Origin: Paraspadella gotoi
Lineage: Eukaryota > Animalia > Chaetognatha
NCBI GenBank assembly: GCA_051294375.1
Contig: CM119267.1
Location: forward strand, 1,766,099 to 1,830,098
Direction: 5' to 3'
DNA: 64,000 nt
Numbering within the stretch: position 1 is the stretch's first letter; the number at the start of each line of letters is the position of its first letter. The notes under the pieces were generated by a model that saw nothing but the letters and a program-made list of their open reading frames with translations, did not search any database and was not told the origin of the DNA. The position numbers and the translations under genes are program-made. Of the stretch, positions 52,545 to 64,000 are shown one piece after another.

Positions 52545-53996
52545 NNNNNNNNNNNNNNNNNNNNNNNNNNNNNNNNNNNNNNNNNNNNNNNNNNNNNNNN
52601 NNNNNNNNNNNNNNNNNNNNNNNNNNNNNNNNNNNNNNNNNNNNNNNNNNNNNNNNNNNNNNNNNNNNNNNNNNNNNNNNNNNNNNNNNNNNNNNNNNNN
52701 NNNNNNNNNNNNNNNNNNNNNNNNNNNNGGGTCTGAGGTGAAGTTTCGAGAAAAGGGAGAAGAGAGATATAATTGGAATGAGTTGAGAAAGGATGTGAAA
52801 AAAAATGGGAGACAGACAGACAGACAGACAGACNNNNNNNNNNNNNNNNNNNNNNNNNNNNNNNNNNNNNNNNNNNNNNNNNNNNNNNNNNNNNNNNNNN
52901 NNNNNNNNNNNNNNNNNNNNNNNNNNNNNNNNNNNNNNNNNNNNNNNNNNNNNNNNNNNNNNNNNNNNNNNNNNNNNNNNNNNNNNNNNNNNNNNNNNNN
53001 NNNNNNNNNNNNNNNNNNNNNNNNNNNNNNNNNNNNNNNNNNNNNNNNNNNNNNNNNNNNNNNNNNNNNNNNNNNNNNNNNNNNNNNNNNNNNNNNNNNN
53101 NNNNNNNNNNNNNNNNNNNNNNNNNNNNNNNNNNNNNNNNNNNNNNNNNNNNAAAAAAAAAAGAAATAATTTTTTAATCATTTTTTTCTTTTATATTTTT
53201 AGATTATTTTTCTCCGATTTCGACTCAATTTCGCCAACGAAATCTCATAGAGTTTTCTTCTCCATTCTCCCCCCCCCCTTTGTCAGCTTCCACCCCTTGT
53301 CCGCTTCTCCCCCCTTGTCCGCTTCTCCCGTTGTCCGCTTCCCCCCTCCCTTCCTCCAAAAAAAGGATTATGAACTTTACTCTTCCTCTTCTTCTTCTTC
53401 CTCCTTCTCNNNNNNNNNNNNNNNNNNNNNNNNNGTGTTTTTATTAGATCTCTTATTTTGTTCTGATTACCTGTGATGTACCGAATCAAGTGTCGGCCAA
53501 CGAGAATAGAGTTTATCTCTTTTTTCCGTACCATTCGTCCCGACGACGACCCCGGTCGCCTTTGTCAGCTTCCCAACCCGCTTGTTCGCTTTCTCCCCCC
53601 CCCCTTGTCCCGCCTTCTCCCGTTGTCCCCCGCTTCCACCCGAATCCTTTCCCACCTCCAAAAAAAAGGATTTATGGAAACTTTTACTTCCATTCCCTCT
53701 TTCCTTTTCCTATTCCCTTTCCCTCCTTCCTTGCCTTCCTTCCTCTCACCTTTTGTCTTGAAAATTTTCTCCTCAGATTTTTATTCAAGGATTAAAAAAA
53801 ATCCTCGATCGATAAAAGATAAAATCGGATGAAGGCGCCTGAAATCCGGCGGACCCTGATCGGGCGCCAATCGAACGACTCATCGATCGACAATCGCGCG
53901 CCGAAGCCGAAGCACCGATTGTAAAGCCAATCAATCATAATTCTAGTCTATTAAAAGGTTTAGTTAATTTTTAAAATGGTTCAGTCGTAATTTCAG

Positions 53997-54160
<164 letters not shown>

Positions 54161-54599
54161 CTTGAGAGTCATCGTATATGCGGTATGAGTACATAGTATT
54201 ATATAATATTATATACATACAAAAACTAAAAGACTATTGAAGATGGGGGGGGGTTCTTTCTCTTTCTTTCTCTTGAGCTTTTGTCCTTAACTTTGACCTC
54301 ATATTTCTTTTCACTCTTATTCTCTCTCTCTCTTTTAACCAAAATATTTTTTACTTTTTTGTGTCTGTTTTTCTTGCATTTACTTCGCAAATGAACTATG
54401 GTTAAGCGATGTTAACCGAAATATATTGCTCAAATAAAAATAATATGCGTTTTCCTCATAAAACGATGTTAATCACCAATACTTATTATTTATTTATTTA
54501 TTAAAATATTAAAATCGAATTTCAACTAATATATTTTACATTTGAATTTGAAAGAACTTCAAGTTTAAATTTCTTTTCTTTGGCTTTTGAACGGGCGGG

Positions 54600-57500
54600 A
54601 CATCGGAAACCCGATTGCTTTGGGTCGCCCTTCTGCAAATGAATTGACTTCATTGTGCAGGTTCAATTATGTATTCATGCTTTTTGTCATTGCTGTGTTA
54701 AAACTATTTAATTGGTTTCTATGTAATTTTAATTTAAATATTTTAATTAATTATTGGTTAATAAAACCCCATGTAAAAATTAACCATGCTTTTCATTTCA
54801 AAAAAAAGGAGTAACAGATTTTAGGTCCTGCCGATGCTATCAGGTGCGCTTTTTTCTTAATTACTTTGTTTACTCGTTCATAGTACACGCCATAGTTTTA
54901 ATATACAAGAACAAATAAAAACATTCAATAACAAAGCTTTAAAAAAATAAAGAAAAAACCAAAAAAACGCCAAAAATAAAAGTCAACTTGTGGAAAAACC
55001 AGAACAAATAAATCTAAATGTAATGCTGAATTCAAGTATCAAAAAAAGGAAATATCTGTGGGCAGCCAAAAACACATTAATTTACCGTAAACGCTCTTTC
55101 AAAAGATCTAAAAAACGCTAGCGGAACTCTCATGAACATGTGTGTACTCAAATAGATTAAACTTTAAAAAATATATAGTTCAAGTTAATTTGTTTTAAAA
55201 GTTTTCTCTCCAATTTTTCTTCAGCTTAACACCATCAAAAATTCACGAATTACGGAAAAACCTTTTCTGCTCGCCAATCGCCCTAATTTCTTTTTTTTCC
55301 CATCGAACACTCTCTCTTCTCTCTTCCTTTTCCCTCCCTTTCCGCCCTCTTTCCCTCCTTCCTCCCTCCCTTCCTCCCTCTTTTCTTCCTTCCCGCTCCA
55401 CTGTCCTTCCTTCCTTCTCTCCCTCCCTTTCTCCTCTCCCCTTTTTCTCTCCTCCCTTCCTCCCCTCTTCCCTTCCTCCTTCTTCTCCCCTCCCTCCTCC
55501 CTCCCGTCCCTCATCCCCGGCGTGCCGGACCCGTGTCCAAAAGTCCGTGTCAAACCCGTCGGAGTAAAATCTGGCAAGAACGTAACAACTAGCGTTTCAA
55601 GCTTTTATCATGCGGGCCAAGACTCGGCCCACTCAGTATCGGGGATCATCTTACCTTCGGTTCACGATTTTGACTTTTTCGGCGCCCTAAAAAAAAAAAA
55701 AAAAAAAAGAGGAAAAAGAAGAAAAGTTTTTTTTATTCTCTGTTTTCGTTTTTCTTTTTCTTTTTCTTTTTTTTGTTCCCCTATTTTCCTCTGGGTCACG
55801 TGACATGGGAAGGATGGAAGCAATGGATGAATGGGGGAAGGAGAGAGAGAGAGGAGCAGAGAGAGAGAACAGAGGAGAGAGACGAGAGAGGAAGATGCGA
55901 CGACAAAGGATTTAAAAAAGCATCGAACAGATGGAAGAGAAAACAAGTAACCAAAGGTCTTGGGTCAGTTACAAGTTGGGTCAATGAGGGAGTTTGGGTT
56001 TCGTGTATGGTCAAGAAATTTGCTGAGTTAATTTGCGCTTTGCCGAGGACATTCATTGGTCTAAAATCTTGATTTTTTTGATTGATTTAATGGGATGTTG
56101 GGGATTACTTATACTATACATTTTATTTAAACTAAGAATTATCTGTTAAAAAACCAATTGTGATTGAGATTGGGATTGTCGTGGTGATTCGATTGTTCAT
56201 CAGAAAAGCTGGAAATAACTCTGGTTATCTACAAAAGTCGGTAAGAAATTTGGGGTGAGGAGAGACACAAATATGTGGAATCTCCTGTAATGTCGGTATC
56301 TCTTCTCTCTTTCTCTTTATTTCTCTCTTTCGTCTCTCTCTCTCTCTCTCTCTCTCCTCTCTCCTTCCCCCTTTCTTCCCCCCCCTACCCCCCGAAATTG
56401 GCCTTCGGGGTCCGGACCGTGAAAAAAAAAGAAAAAACGTTGCCTCCTCGGGCTGTAGGGGCGGCGAGAAGTTTGGTCGCGAGGGCGCAGGGGCGGCCCC
56501 CGACGAAGGGCACGCGCGGGCTGAAGGATGGGCGACCAAGAGAGGTAAAGAAAGGTTCTATTGAAGCGGAGCGAATGAAAAGGAGGGCGGCCATCTTTAG
56601 TTTGGGTTGGAAGTCGTAGGGGCGTGGACGCCGAACGAAGAGGGTGAGGCAGGAGTGAGGGACCGGAGGAGTGTCGGAAATGAAGGATTGGGCGTTAGAA
56701 TTTGGTAAGAAACTTACCAAGAGGAGGAGGGAGGCGAGGAGGGAGAAGGCAGGAGGAATGTATGCGAGCAGGAGGAAGAGGAAGACTGGAATAGTGAAAT
56801 GTAAGGGAAAAATATAGAGGAGAATAGAAAGAAAGGAAAGAAATGAAAGACATGAAATAAAAAAAAAAGACAAGGGAAATAAAGAAGCGAATCCAAAATA
56901 ATGAAATAATAATTCAGGGAATACGATATCAGTTTTAGTATTGAAAATCGCGGATGGGATAGGGGGCGGGGCGGACGACGATTTCAAGTGCTGAAACATT
57001 TCCCAAGATGACGTGAGAAAGAGATGCGCAAGTCGGGCAAAAAGCCGTTGAGGCCTCATTTGGGCTGCGAATCAAGACGGCAGTGGAAAAAAAAAAGGAA
57101 GTCTTTGGTTTGGTTGTCATTAATCGTCGGTTTCCATGCAAAGAAAAAGGCCGACATAGATCCATTGATTGCCCAATGTGCCGTTTTGGGGGTGAAGGCA
57201 AGGGCTTTTGTGGCCTTGGGCGGGCTTCGGATTCGGGCACGGGGATCGGATGGAGAGAGAGAGGGGGGAGACGGAGAGAGAGAAGAAGATGATAAGACGA
57301 GCAGGAGCATGAGAGAGAGGTCAGTGACGCAAGGAAAGAGCACGAGAGGACAGGAAAGTTTTTTGGATAGCTCAGAACTATCAAGCCCCGACTAGGTAGG
57401 GGATACCAAAATCAGTTGGGAGGGCAGGTAGAGAGAGTAGAGGGGGAGATAAGACCTAGGAGAAGCAGGGCAGGTTGTTAAAAGGGCGGAGAGAGACTCG

Positions 57501-60114
57501 AAAGGACTGATTAGGCTGAACGAGACCACGGGAGGCTTAATTTGCGACCAATAAATGTGCAAGCGATCGAGAGACATACTATAATAGCACAAAGGTAGCC
57601 AACGGCTGAGAAGATAGGTGAACGGAGAGAGAGATGGAGAGAGAGAGAGAGAGGAGAGAGAGCAGAGAGATTGATGATGCGATTATAGAAAAAAAAAAGA
57701 ATACCCACCCCTCCCGATTAATATCGTCGGGATCTATTTTTGCAGTGCGAAGGGGCGGCGGGTAAACCAAAACGTCGAAGTTTCTCTTTGGCTGACGACC
57801 ATCGAAGATGCGTTTGGGTTCGCTTCTGCAATGAATTGGACTTCATTGTCGAGGTTCATTGTAATTCAATGCTTTTGTTCATTGTGTGTTAATATTTAAG
57901 GTTTATTAATAATATTTAATAATATTGGTTTAAAAACCAGTTAAAATTAACCATTTCATTCAAAAAGATCAATTTTTTAGTAACCTGCATTGCTATCGTG
58001 CGTTTTTTAAATTATGTTACTTGTTTAATATTTAACACTTTTCAAGTAGATGTAGCGAGAAATAAGTAAAATAGTCATGAACAAAGTCTTTAAAAAAAGT
58101 AAAAGGGAAAACCAAAAAACCCAAAATAAAGAAGAACTGTGGAAAACAGAACAATAAATTCTAATTGTTTAAGATGTGTAAATTTCAGTATCAAAAAGGA
58201 AATATCTGTGCAGCCAAAACATTAATTACCGTAAACGCTCTAAAAAAAGATCAAAACGTTAGCGAAACTCTCTACAGTGTGTACTAAATTAAGTTAACTT
58301 AAAAAATATTTCAATTAATTAGTTTAAAGTTTTTTCTTCCAATTTTCTTCAGCTTAAACATAAAATTCACGGATTAGGAAAAACCTTTTTCTGTCGCCAA
58401 TCGGCCTAATCTTTTTTTCCTCGACCTCTCTTTCTCTCCTTCCCTCCCTCCCTTCCTCCTTCTCTCCCTCCCTTCCTCCCTCCCTTCCTCCCTCTTTTCT
58501 CTCCTTCGCTCCCTCCCCTTCCTCCTTCTCTCCCTCCCTTTCTCCTCCCTCTTTCTCTCCCTCCCTTCCTCCCTCCTCTCCCTTCCTCCTTCTCTTCCCC
58601 TTTCCTCCCTCCCTCCCTCATCCCCCGGGCGTGGCGGACCGTGTCAAAGTCCGTGTCAAACCGCGTCGGAAGCATGCGAGCGTCAAACTGCGTCAAAACG
58701 CGTCACGTGCCACTCCACGTCATCGGCATCGACTTCGTCACGGAAATTCTCTGACTTTTTTCGGCCCTTAAAAAAAAAAAAAAAAAGGAAAAAAAGAAAA
58801 GAAAGAAAGGGCTTTTTTTTTATTCTCTTTTCTTTTTTCTTTTTCTTTCTTTTTTTTTTTCCCCCTATTTTCCTCTGGTCACACGTGACATGGGAAGGAT
58901 TGAAAGCAATTGGATGGAATGGGGGAAGGAGAGAGAGGAGAGAGAGAAGAGAGAGGAGAGGAGAGAAGACAGAGAGAGGAACAGGAGAAGGAAGGTAGAG
59001 AAGAGAAAAGAGCGGGACGAGGATAAAAAAGATCGACAGATGGAAGGAGAAAAAAAAAACAATGGTCCGACTTTATTTTTCCCCCACTTTTTCCTTCTTT
59101 TCTTTTTTTTTACTTCTTTTATATTTTATTTTTTTTACTTTTTTCTTTCCTTTTACTTTTTATATTTTTCTTTCTTTCGTTTCTTTCCTTTTATTTCATT
59201 TTTTCTTTTTTTTTTCTTTCCCTTCCTGATCTTCTTAAATTTTTTGGTATTTTTCAATATTTTCTTTCTTTTTTTCCTTTACTTCATTTTCCAACTTTTA
59301 TATCTAACCTCTTTCCTTTTTCTTTTCGATTTTTCCCATGGTCTGGATTTCCAAACCCAACTTTCATAATTTTTATTGATCTTTTTTCTTTTTTGAAAGT
59401 CTTNNNNNNNNNNNNNNNNNNNNNNNNNAAAAGAAAGGAAAAGAAAGGAAAAGTGGGAAATAAAGTCGGAAACCATTGTTTTTCTCCTTCCATCTGTCGA
59501 TCTTTTTTATCCTTCGTCGCATCTTCTCNNNNNNNNNNNNNNNNNNNNNNNNNGGATTATAAAGTGCATAGCTAAAAATAACTGGATTATCAGCTGGAAT
59601 GATTAAGATTCTAAAGAAGTGAATGTAAGCAGCTAGACTTCATTATTTTCGTTGGGAGAGAATTGGCCGATTTTGGATGGAAATGCTGCTCTCTTTATTT
59701 TCTTTTCTTTTTTTTTATTTCATTCTTAGGTTTTTCTTTCTTGGGAGGTGGAAGCTCGAAAAGGATATCTGTCAATTCGCTTTCGTCATTTTACTACATC
59801 TAATATTTTTCTTCAATTTCACTATTCATGCAATCCGTCGAATTTCCTCGCGTCCATCATCCGAAAAATTAAGTTAAACTCTCCCTCCCTCCTCCTCCTC
59901 ATCCTCGCTCCTCTTGGGGTAAGTTCTCTAAAAGTTTGAAAATAAAACATGACAAAACTGTATTCATGTGGCATAAAATGTTGCGATGCCACGCGCTTCC
60001 AAGATTCATCCTTACGAAAGCGTTCGCAGCACCCATATCTCTATATTCAGAGCAGTATACCATGACGTCGTTTTCTCTATCAACGATATGCAGAGAGAGA
60101 AGACGAGAGATCAG

Positions 60115-60146
<32 letters not shown>

Positions 60147-60439
60147 CAGACCGCCTCACCCTCTCGTTCGGGGCGGCCCGCTCCCTACGACTCACCCAAC
60201 TATAAGACTTCGCTCATCTTTCATGTACCGTCCCTTCAAAGGTACTGTGTCTACCTTCTGTGCCATGCCTATCAGTACGCGCTGTGTGCTCTAGTCGGCC
60301 GGCCACTCGCCTCGGTACACAGATCATTCTCCGGCCCATCAGCCGAGGAGGCAACGGTTTTCTTTTTTCACGGCCCGACGACCCGAAGGCATTCGGGGTA
60401 GGGGTGGAGACGAGGCAGAGAGGAGGAGAGGAGAGGAGG

Positions 60440-60490
<51 letters not shown>

Positions 60491-60900
60491 ACCTTACAGG
60501 AGTTCCAATCATTGTTTGTCTCTCCTCGCTCAATTTACGACTTTTGTTAAGATAAACCAGTAGTCATTTCACTTCTTCTCTGGATCAATTCAATCAAGCA
60601 AACCTATCATCACATCAAATTGTTTTAAGACGAAGATAATTTTAGAGTTTTAAATAAGGTATAGTAATACAGTTAATACATTCCCAATCAATCATTAATT
60701 CAATATCATATAATCAGATTTTAAGACATATGATTGTCCCCAACGCAATTTTCAGAAAATTCTTGACCAAACAGAACCCAAAACTTGTAGCTGACACGGC
60801 CAATACTCGCTCATTGACAACCAAACTTGTAAACTGACTCCCAAACTCCACATTGACCCAAACTCCACTTGACCCAACACTTGTAACTGACCCTAAACTC
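54600..60900. other. Nested direct (54600-55950 vs 57810-59055) and inverted (55950-56660 vs 60150-60900; 59010-59092 vs 59440-59528) noisy duplications
   Basis: Visible collinear matches with frequent single-base indels, and two 25-N gaps at 59404 and 59529. Confidence 0.75.
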
Positions 60901-61086
60901 GCACATTGACCAAACTTCACTGACGCCAACTTGAGCCAAAAAGAATTATTTTTCTCTTTGTTCTTATTATCCTGTAAATTCGGCTCTTCCTTATGCCGCT
61001 CCTCTTCTTAAACTCCTTCTCCTCTCTCCTCTTCTTCTTTTTTTGTTGTTCTCAGTCGTTTATTTACTCCTTCTGGTATCTTTCAT

Positions 61087-61131
<45 letters not shown>

Positions 61132-61289
61132 TCTCTCTCGTCTCTCTTTCTCTTCTCTCTCTTCTCTCTCTGGATGTGTTGTCGAACCTCGAACTCGACC
61201 GTAGGAACAGAGAAAATGAATTTCTTTCCTATTCATTTTCGTAGTGACAGCGACGATGACGGATGACGATCAAGGCTGAGTTTGACAGT

Positions 61290-61510
61290 GTTCTCGCTCA
61301 CTTTTGATTTCGTTCTCCACTTTTGTATTTTGTTTCCTCACACTTTTGATTTCGTTTTCGCACTTTTCATTTTTTCTCCCAATTTTCATTTTGTTCTCAG
61401 ATTTTTTTTCTCCACTTTTGAATTGGTTCTACACTTGATTTTGTTTCTAAAGTTTTGATTTATTTCTCCACTTTTGATTTTGTCTCCCACTTTGATTTCG
61501 TTTATGCCAT
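61290..61510. repeat. ~20-bp degenerate minisatellite (ccacttttgatttcgttct)
   Basis: cacttttgattt recurs about 10 times. Confidence 0.8.
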
Positions 61511-61760
61511 TGTCTTTGTTTCAGGCACTTTTTATTTTTTGCCACCGCAATTACAGTTTCGTTCTCCACATTCAACTTGAAATCTTTACTTTCTAAGACA
61601 TGCACCCTTATCGATAGGCCTTGCCCGACATTCCATGCTTTCTCCATGCCTGTCTCCCTCTCAAAAAATCTCCGTTTTTTCTCCTCCTCCTCCTCCCTCC
61701 TCTTCATCCTTGGGGCGCCATTTTGTATTTTATACGCCTCTATTTCCGTAGTAGGGGAAC

Positions 61761-61797
<37 letters not shown>

Positions 61798-61946
61798 AGA
61801 AGAGAGGAGAGAGAGAGAGAGAGAGGAGTAGAGAGAAGAGAGAGAGAGGAAATTCGATTGCTAATTTGCATAAATGCATGAGACGGTGGAAACTCTTCCG
61901 TGGCCTTCGCGCGAACTCAAGGCTGATCCGAGCCCGTCATCGAAAG

Positions 61947-62030
<84 letters not shown>

Positions 62031-63864
62031 TTCCCCGGTGCCCATGTAATCCTTTCGATTAAAAGCGATCGGTTGCAAAATTGATGAGTACATACGAAAC
62101 CAGATCCCGACAAACACACCGAGAGACTGAGACAGACAGAGATAGAGAGAGATGGAGAGAGAGAGAGAGACAGACAGACTGGAACACAGAGGATGGCAGT
62201 GAATTGAGATGTCGTAAGTTTCTGTTAGTTTCACGTGATATTTTTTTGGGGGTCACTTTTTAGTAACTATCTTGGACCTTGGTTCTGATACAATATTGTA
62301 CTTTTTTAGTAGTTTATCCGAGTTTATTGAAAAAAATGATTGATTTTTATATTACTTTTATCAATTTCATAGCTCAGTATTCGAAGTGCTTAGTAAAATT
62401 AATTTCCCTAAGAAAGTGTTCCTTTTTCTAAAATATTAACATAAATAAATAATATAAATAAATATAATAACATTGTATCGGCGGTGGCGAGCGTCGCCGT
62501 AGAGGGAGACGGCTCAACGTCCGAGGATTGGGAATGAAAATATCTTAGTTCAAGTTTCCCTAAATTCGAGATCGGGAGTCGCGACGATGGATAATTGAAG
62601 AAGAGGGAAAAAGGGTTGGCTGAGGCTATCTGGGTTATTTTAGATAACGTTTGATTTGGAATTTTATAAATTCTACATATGCCTCAAAGATAACGACGTC
62701 GAAACGGTTTTGAGACCGTTTATTTACCTTTTCACCGAAATTTTAACGTTTATTTGGATTGTTTACAAATAATTTGGAAATGCTTTTACAACCTCGCCTA
62801 TTTTTAACTTCGATAAATAAACAACTTTTGAAACCTCGATCGTCGACATTTGTAAAATAAGTCTGAAAGCAGAGGCAGCGCAAACAAACATTATATTTAT
62901 AACTCTTCTTTGATCCAAAAAACCCGGGATGTTGATTGTTGAACTAGATCGAGATTGCTTTGATTCAAAGCCTGCAGAGTCCTGTGATTTTGTTATCCTG
63001 TATCATAGATCTTGGCCATACCGAATCATAGTACGCGGCAGAACCCTTCGAAGCAAAGTCATCTCAGACGACGTTCGCACTAGAAAAACAACCCCCAAAA
63101 AAAAACTCGCGCGACGGCGGATAGATATCAAGGACGCCGCCGACCACGAAAAGACCGCGCTGACGACGACTCTGACTCGAGGGCGTCTCCATGGCAACCG
63201 CTTGACGACGGGAGGGAGACGCCGGGGGATTACGGGCACACTCTCCAACGCCCCCTCTCACTCTCTCTCTTCTCTCTCTCTCTCTGCTCTGCTCTGTACG
63301 TATAATGTCAGCGGAGGAGGAGGAGGAGGAGGAAGAGGAGGGATTTCACGTCGTTCTGATTTCTGATTACTTTTCCATGAGGCTGACGTAGGAGGAGAGA
63401 GGGAGAGAGGGAGAAGTAGAGAAGAGGAGAGAGAAGAGGAGACAGAAAAGAAGAGGAGATTACGAGAGGAAGTAGAGAAGTACAGGTAGAGGAGAGAAGT
63501 CGGGGAGAAAATAATAATACACAATTTGTTTACATCCATGTCGTGTGAATTTTACGGAAATGCTTTCCAAGAAATCATCCAAGCGGACAAACTCACAAGC
63601 AAGCTCACAAGCAAACTCACAAGCATCCAAGCAAACTCGTTTTCGAACCGGGAAACTCGAGGACAAACAACTTCGACGCAAATTTCGACCTTCGGCGATC
63701 GACACTACTGTCACATCTCACAATCTCTCACAAGCCCCCTTCACATGTTCACAACTCCCTCTTCACCCCCTTCCCGACCCCATTTTCCCCCCTTCCATCT
63801 CCCAATGTCGTCGTGGACTTAAAAATGCTTCACCCATAAAAAAGATCCTTCGCCGACGGAGGAA

Positions 63865-64000
63865 AGGAAATTAGAGGGAGGAAGGGAGGAATTTAGAGGG
63901 AGGAAGGGAGGAATTTAGAGGGAGGAAGGGAGGAATCTAGAGGGAGGAAGGAAGGAATTTAGAGGGAGGAAGAAAGGAATTTAGAGGGAGGAGTTTAGAG
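63865..64000. repeat. 22-bp tandem repeat (ggaatttagagggaggaaggga), running off the window end
   Basis: About 6 units directly visible. Confidence 0.92.

Noticed and set aside
62929-63366. 145-aa ORF and antisense hydrophobic stretch suggesting a membrane protein or GPCR helix
   Set aside because: No recognisable motif, non-ATG start, stops in the continuing frames, and it runs into microsatellite.

Overview
Eukaryotic (metazoan-looking, taxon not identifiable from sequence alone) draft-assembly window. It is AT-rich, saturated with (AG)n, (GAC)n, (ATT)n and other simple repeats, and has many N gaps. Nearly all ORF-track entries are translations of microsatellites. The one well-supported gene is invisible in the ORF track: a 9-exon, + strand gene at 27661-32076 that I spliced by hand (all GT-AG, every phase consistent, 1053 nt, 350 aa). 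It encodes a highly divergent alpha-SNAP/Sec17-like NSF attachment protein. Relative to canonical alpha-SNAP it appears to lack the N-terminal helix and hydrophobic membrane loop, starts instead with an N-myristoylation motif (MGAKNS), carries a ~75-aa Ser/Thr-rich insertion exon, and keeps the acidic D-L-K/R tail. A possible second, convergent SNAP-like terminal exon (...GDEDLR*) lies at 35452-35529 on the minus strand. Other supported elements are foldback MITEs (one absent from a second copy of the same locus), two Helentron/HINE-like 3' ends, a ~200-bp dispersed repeat, a hairpin-rich GC island and many minisatellites. A large part of the window consists of indel-riddled direct or inverted re-copies of neighbouring sequence, several of them next to exact 25-N gaps. 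These are most likely long-read gap-filling artefacts rather than biology.
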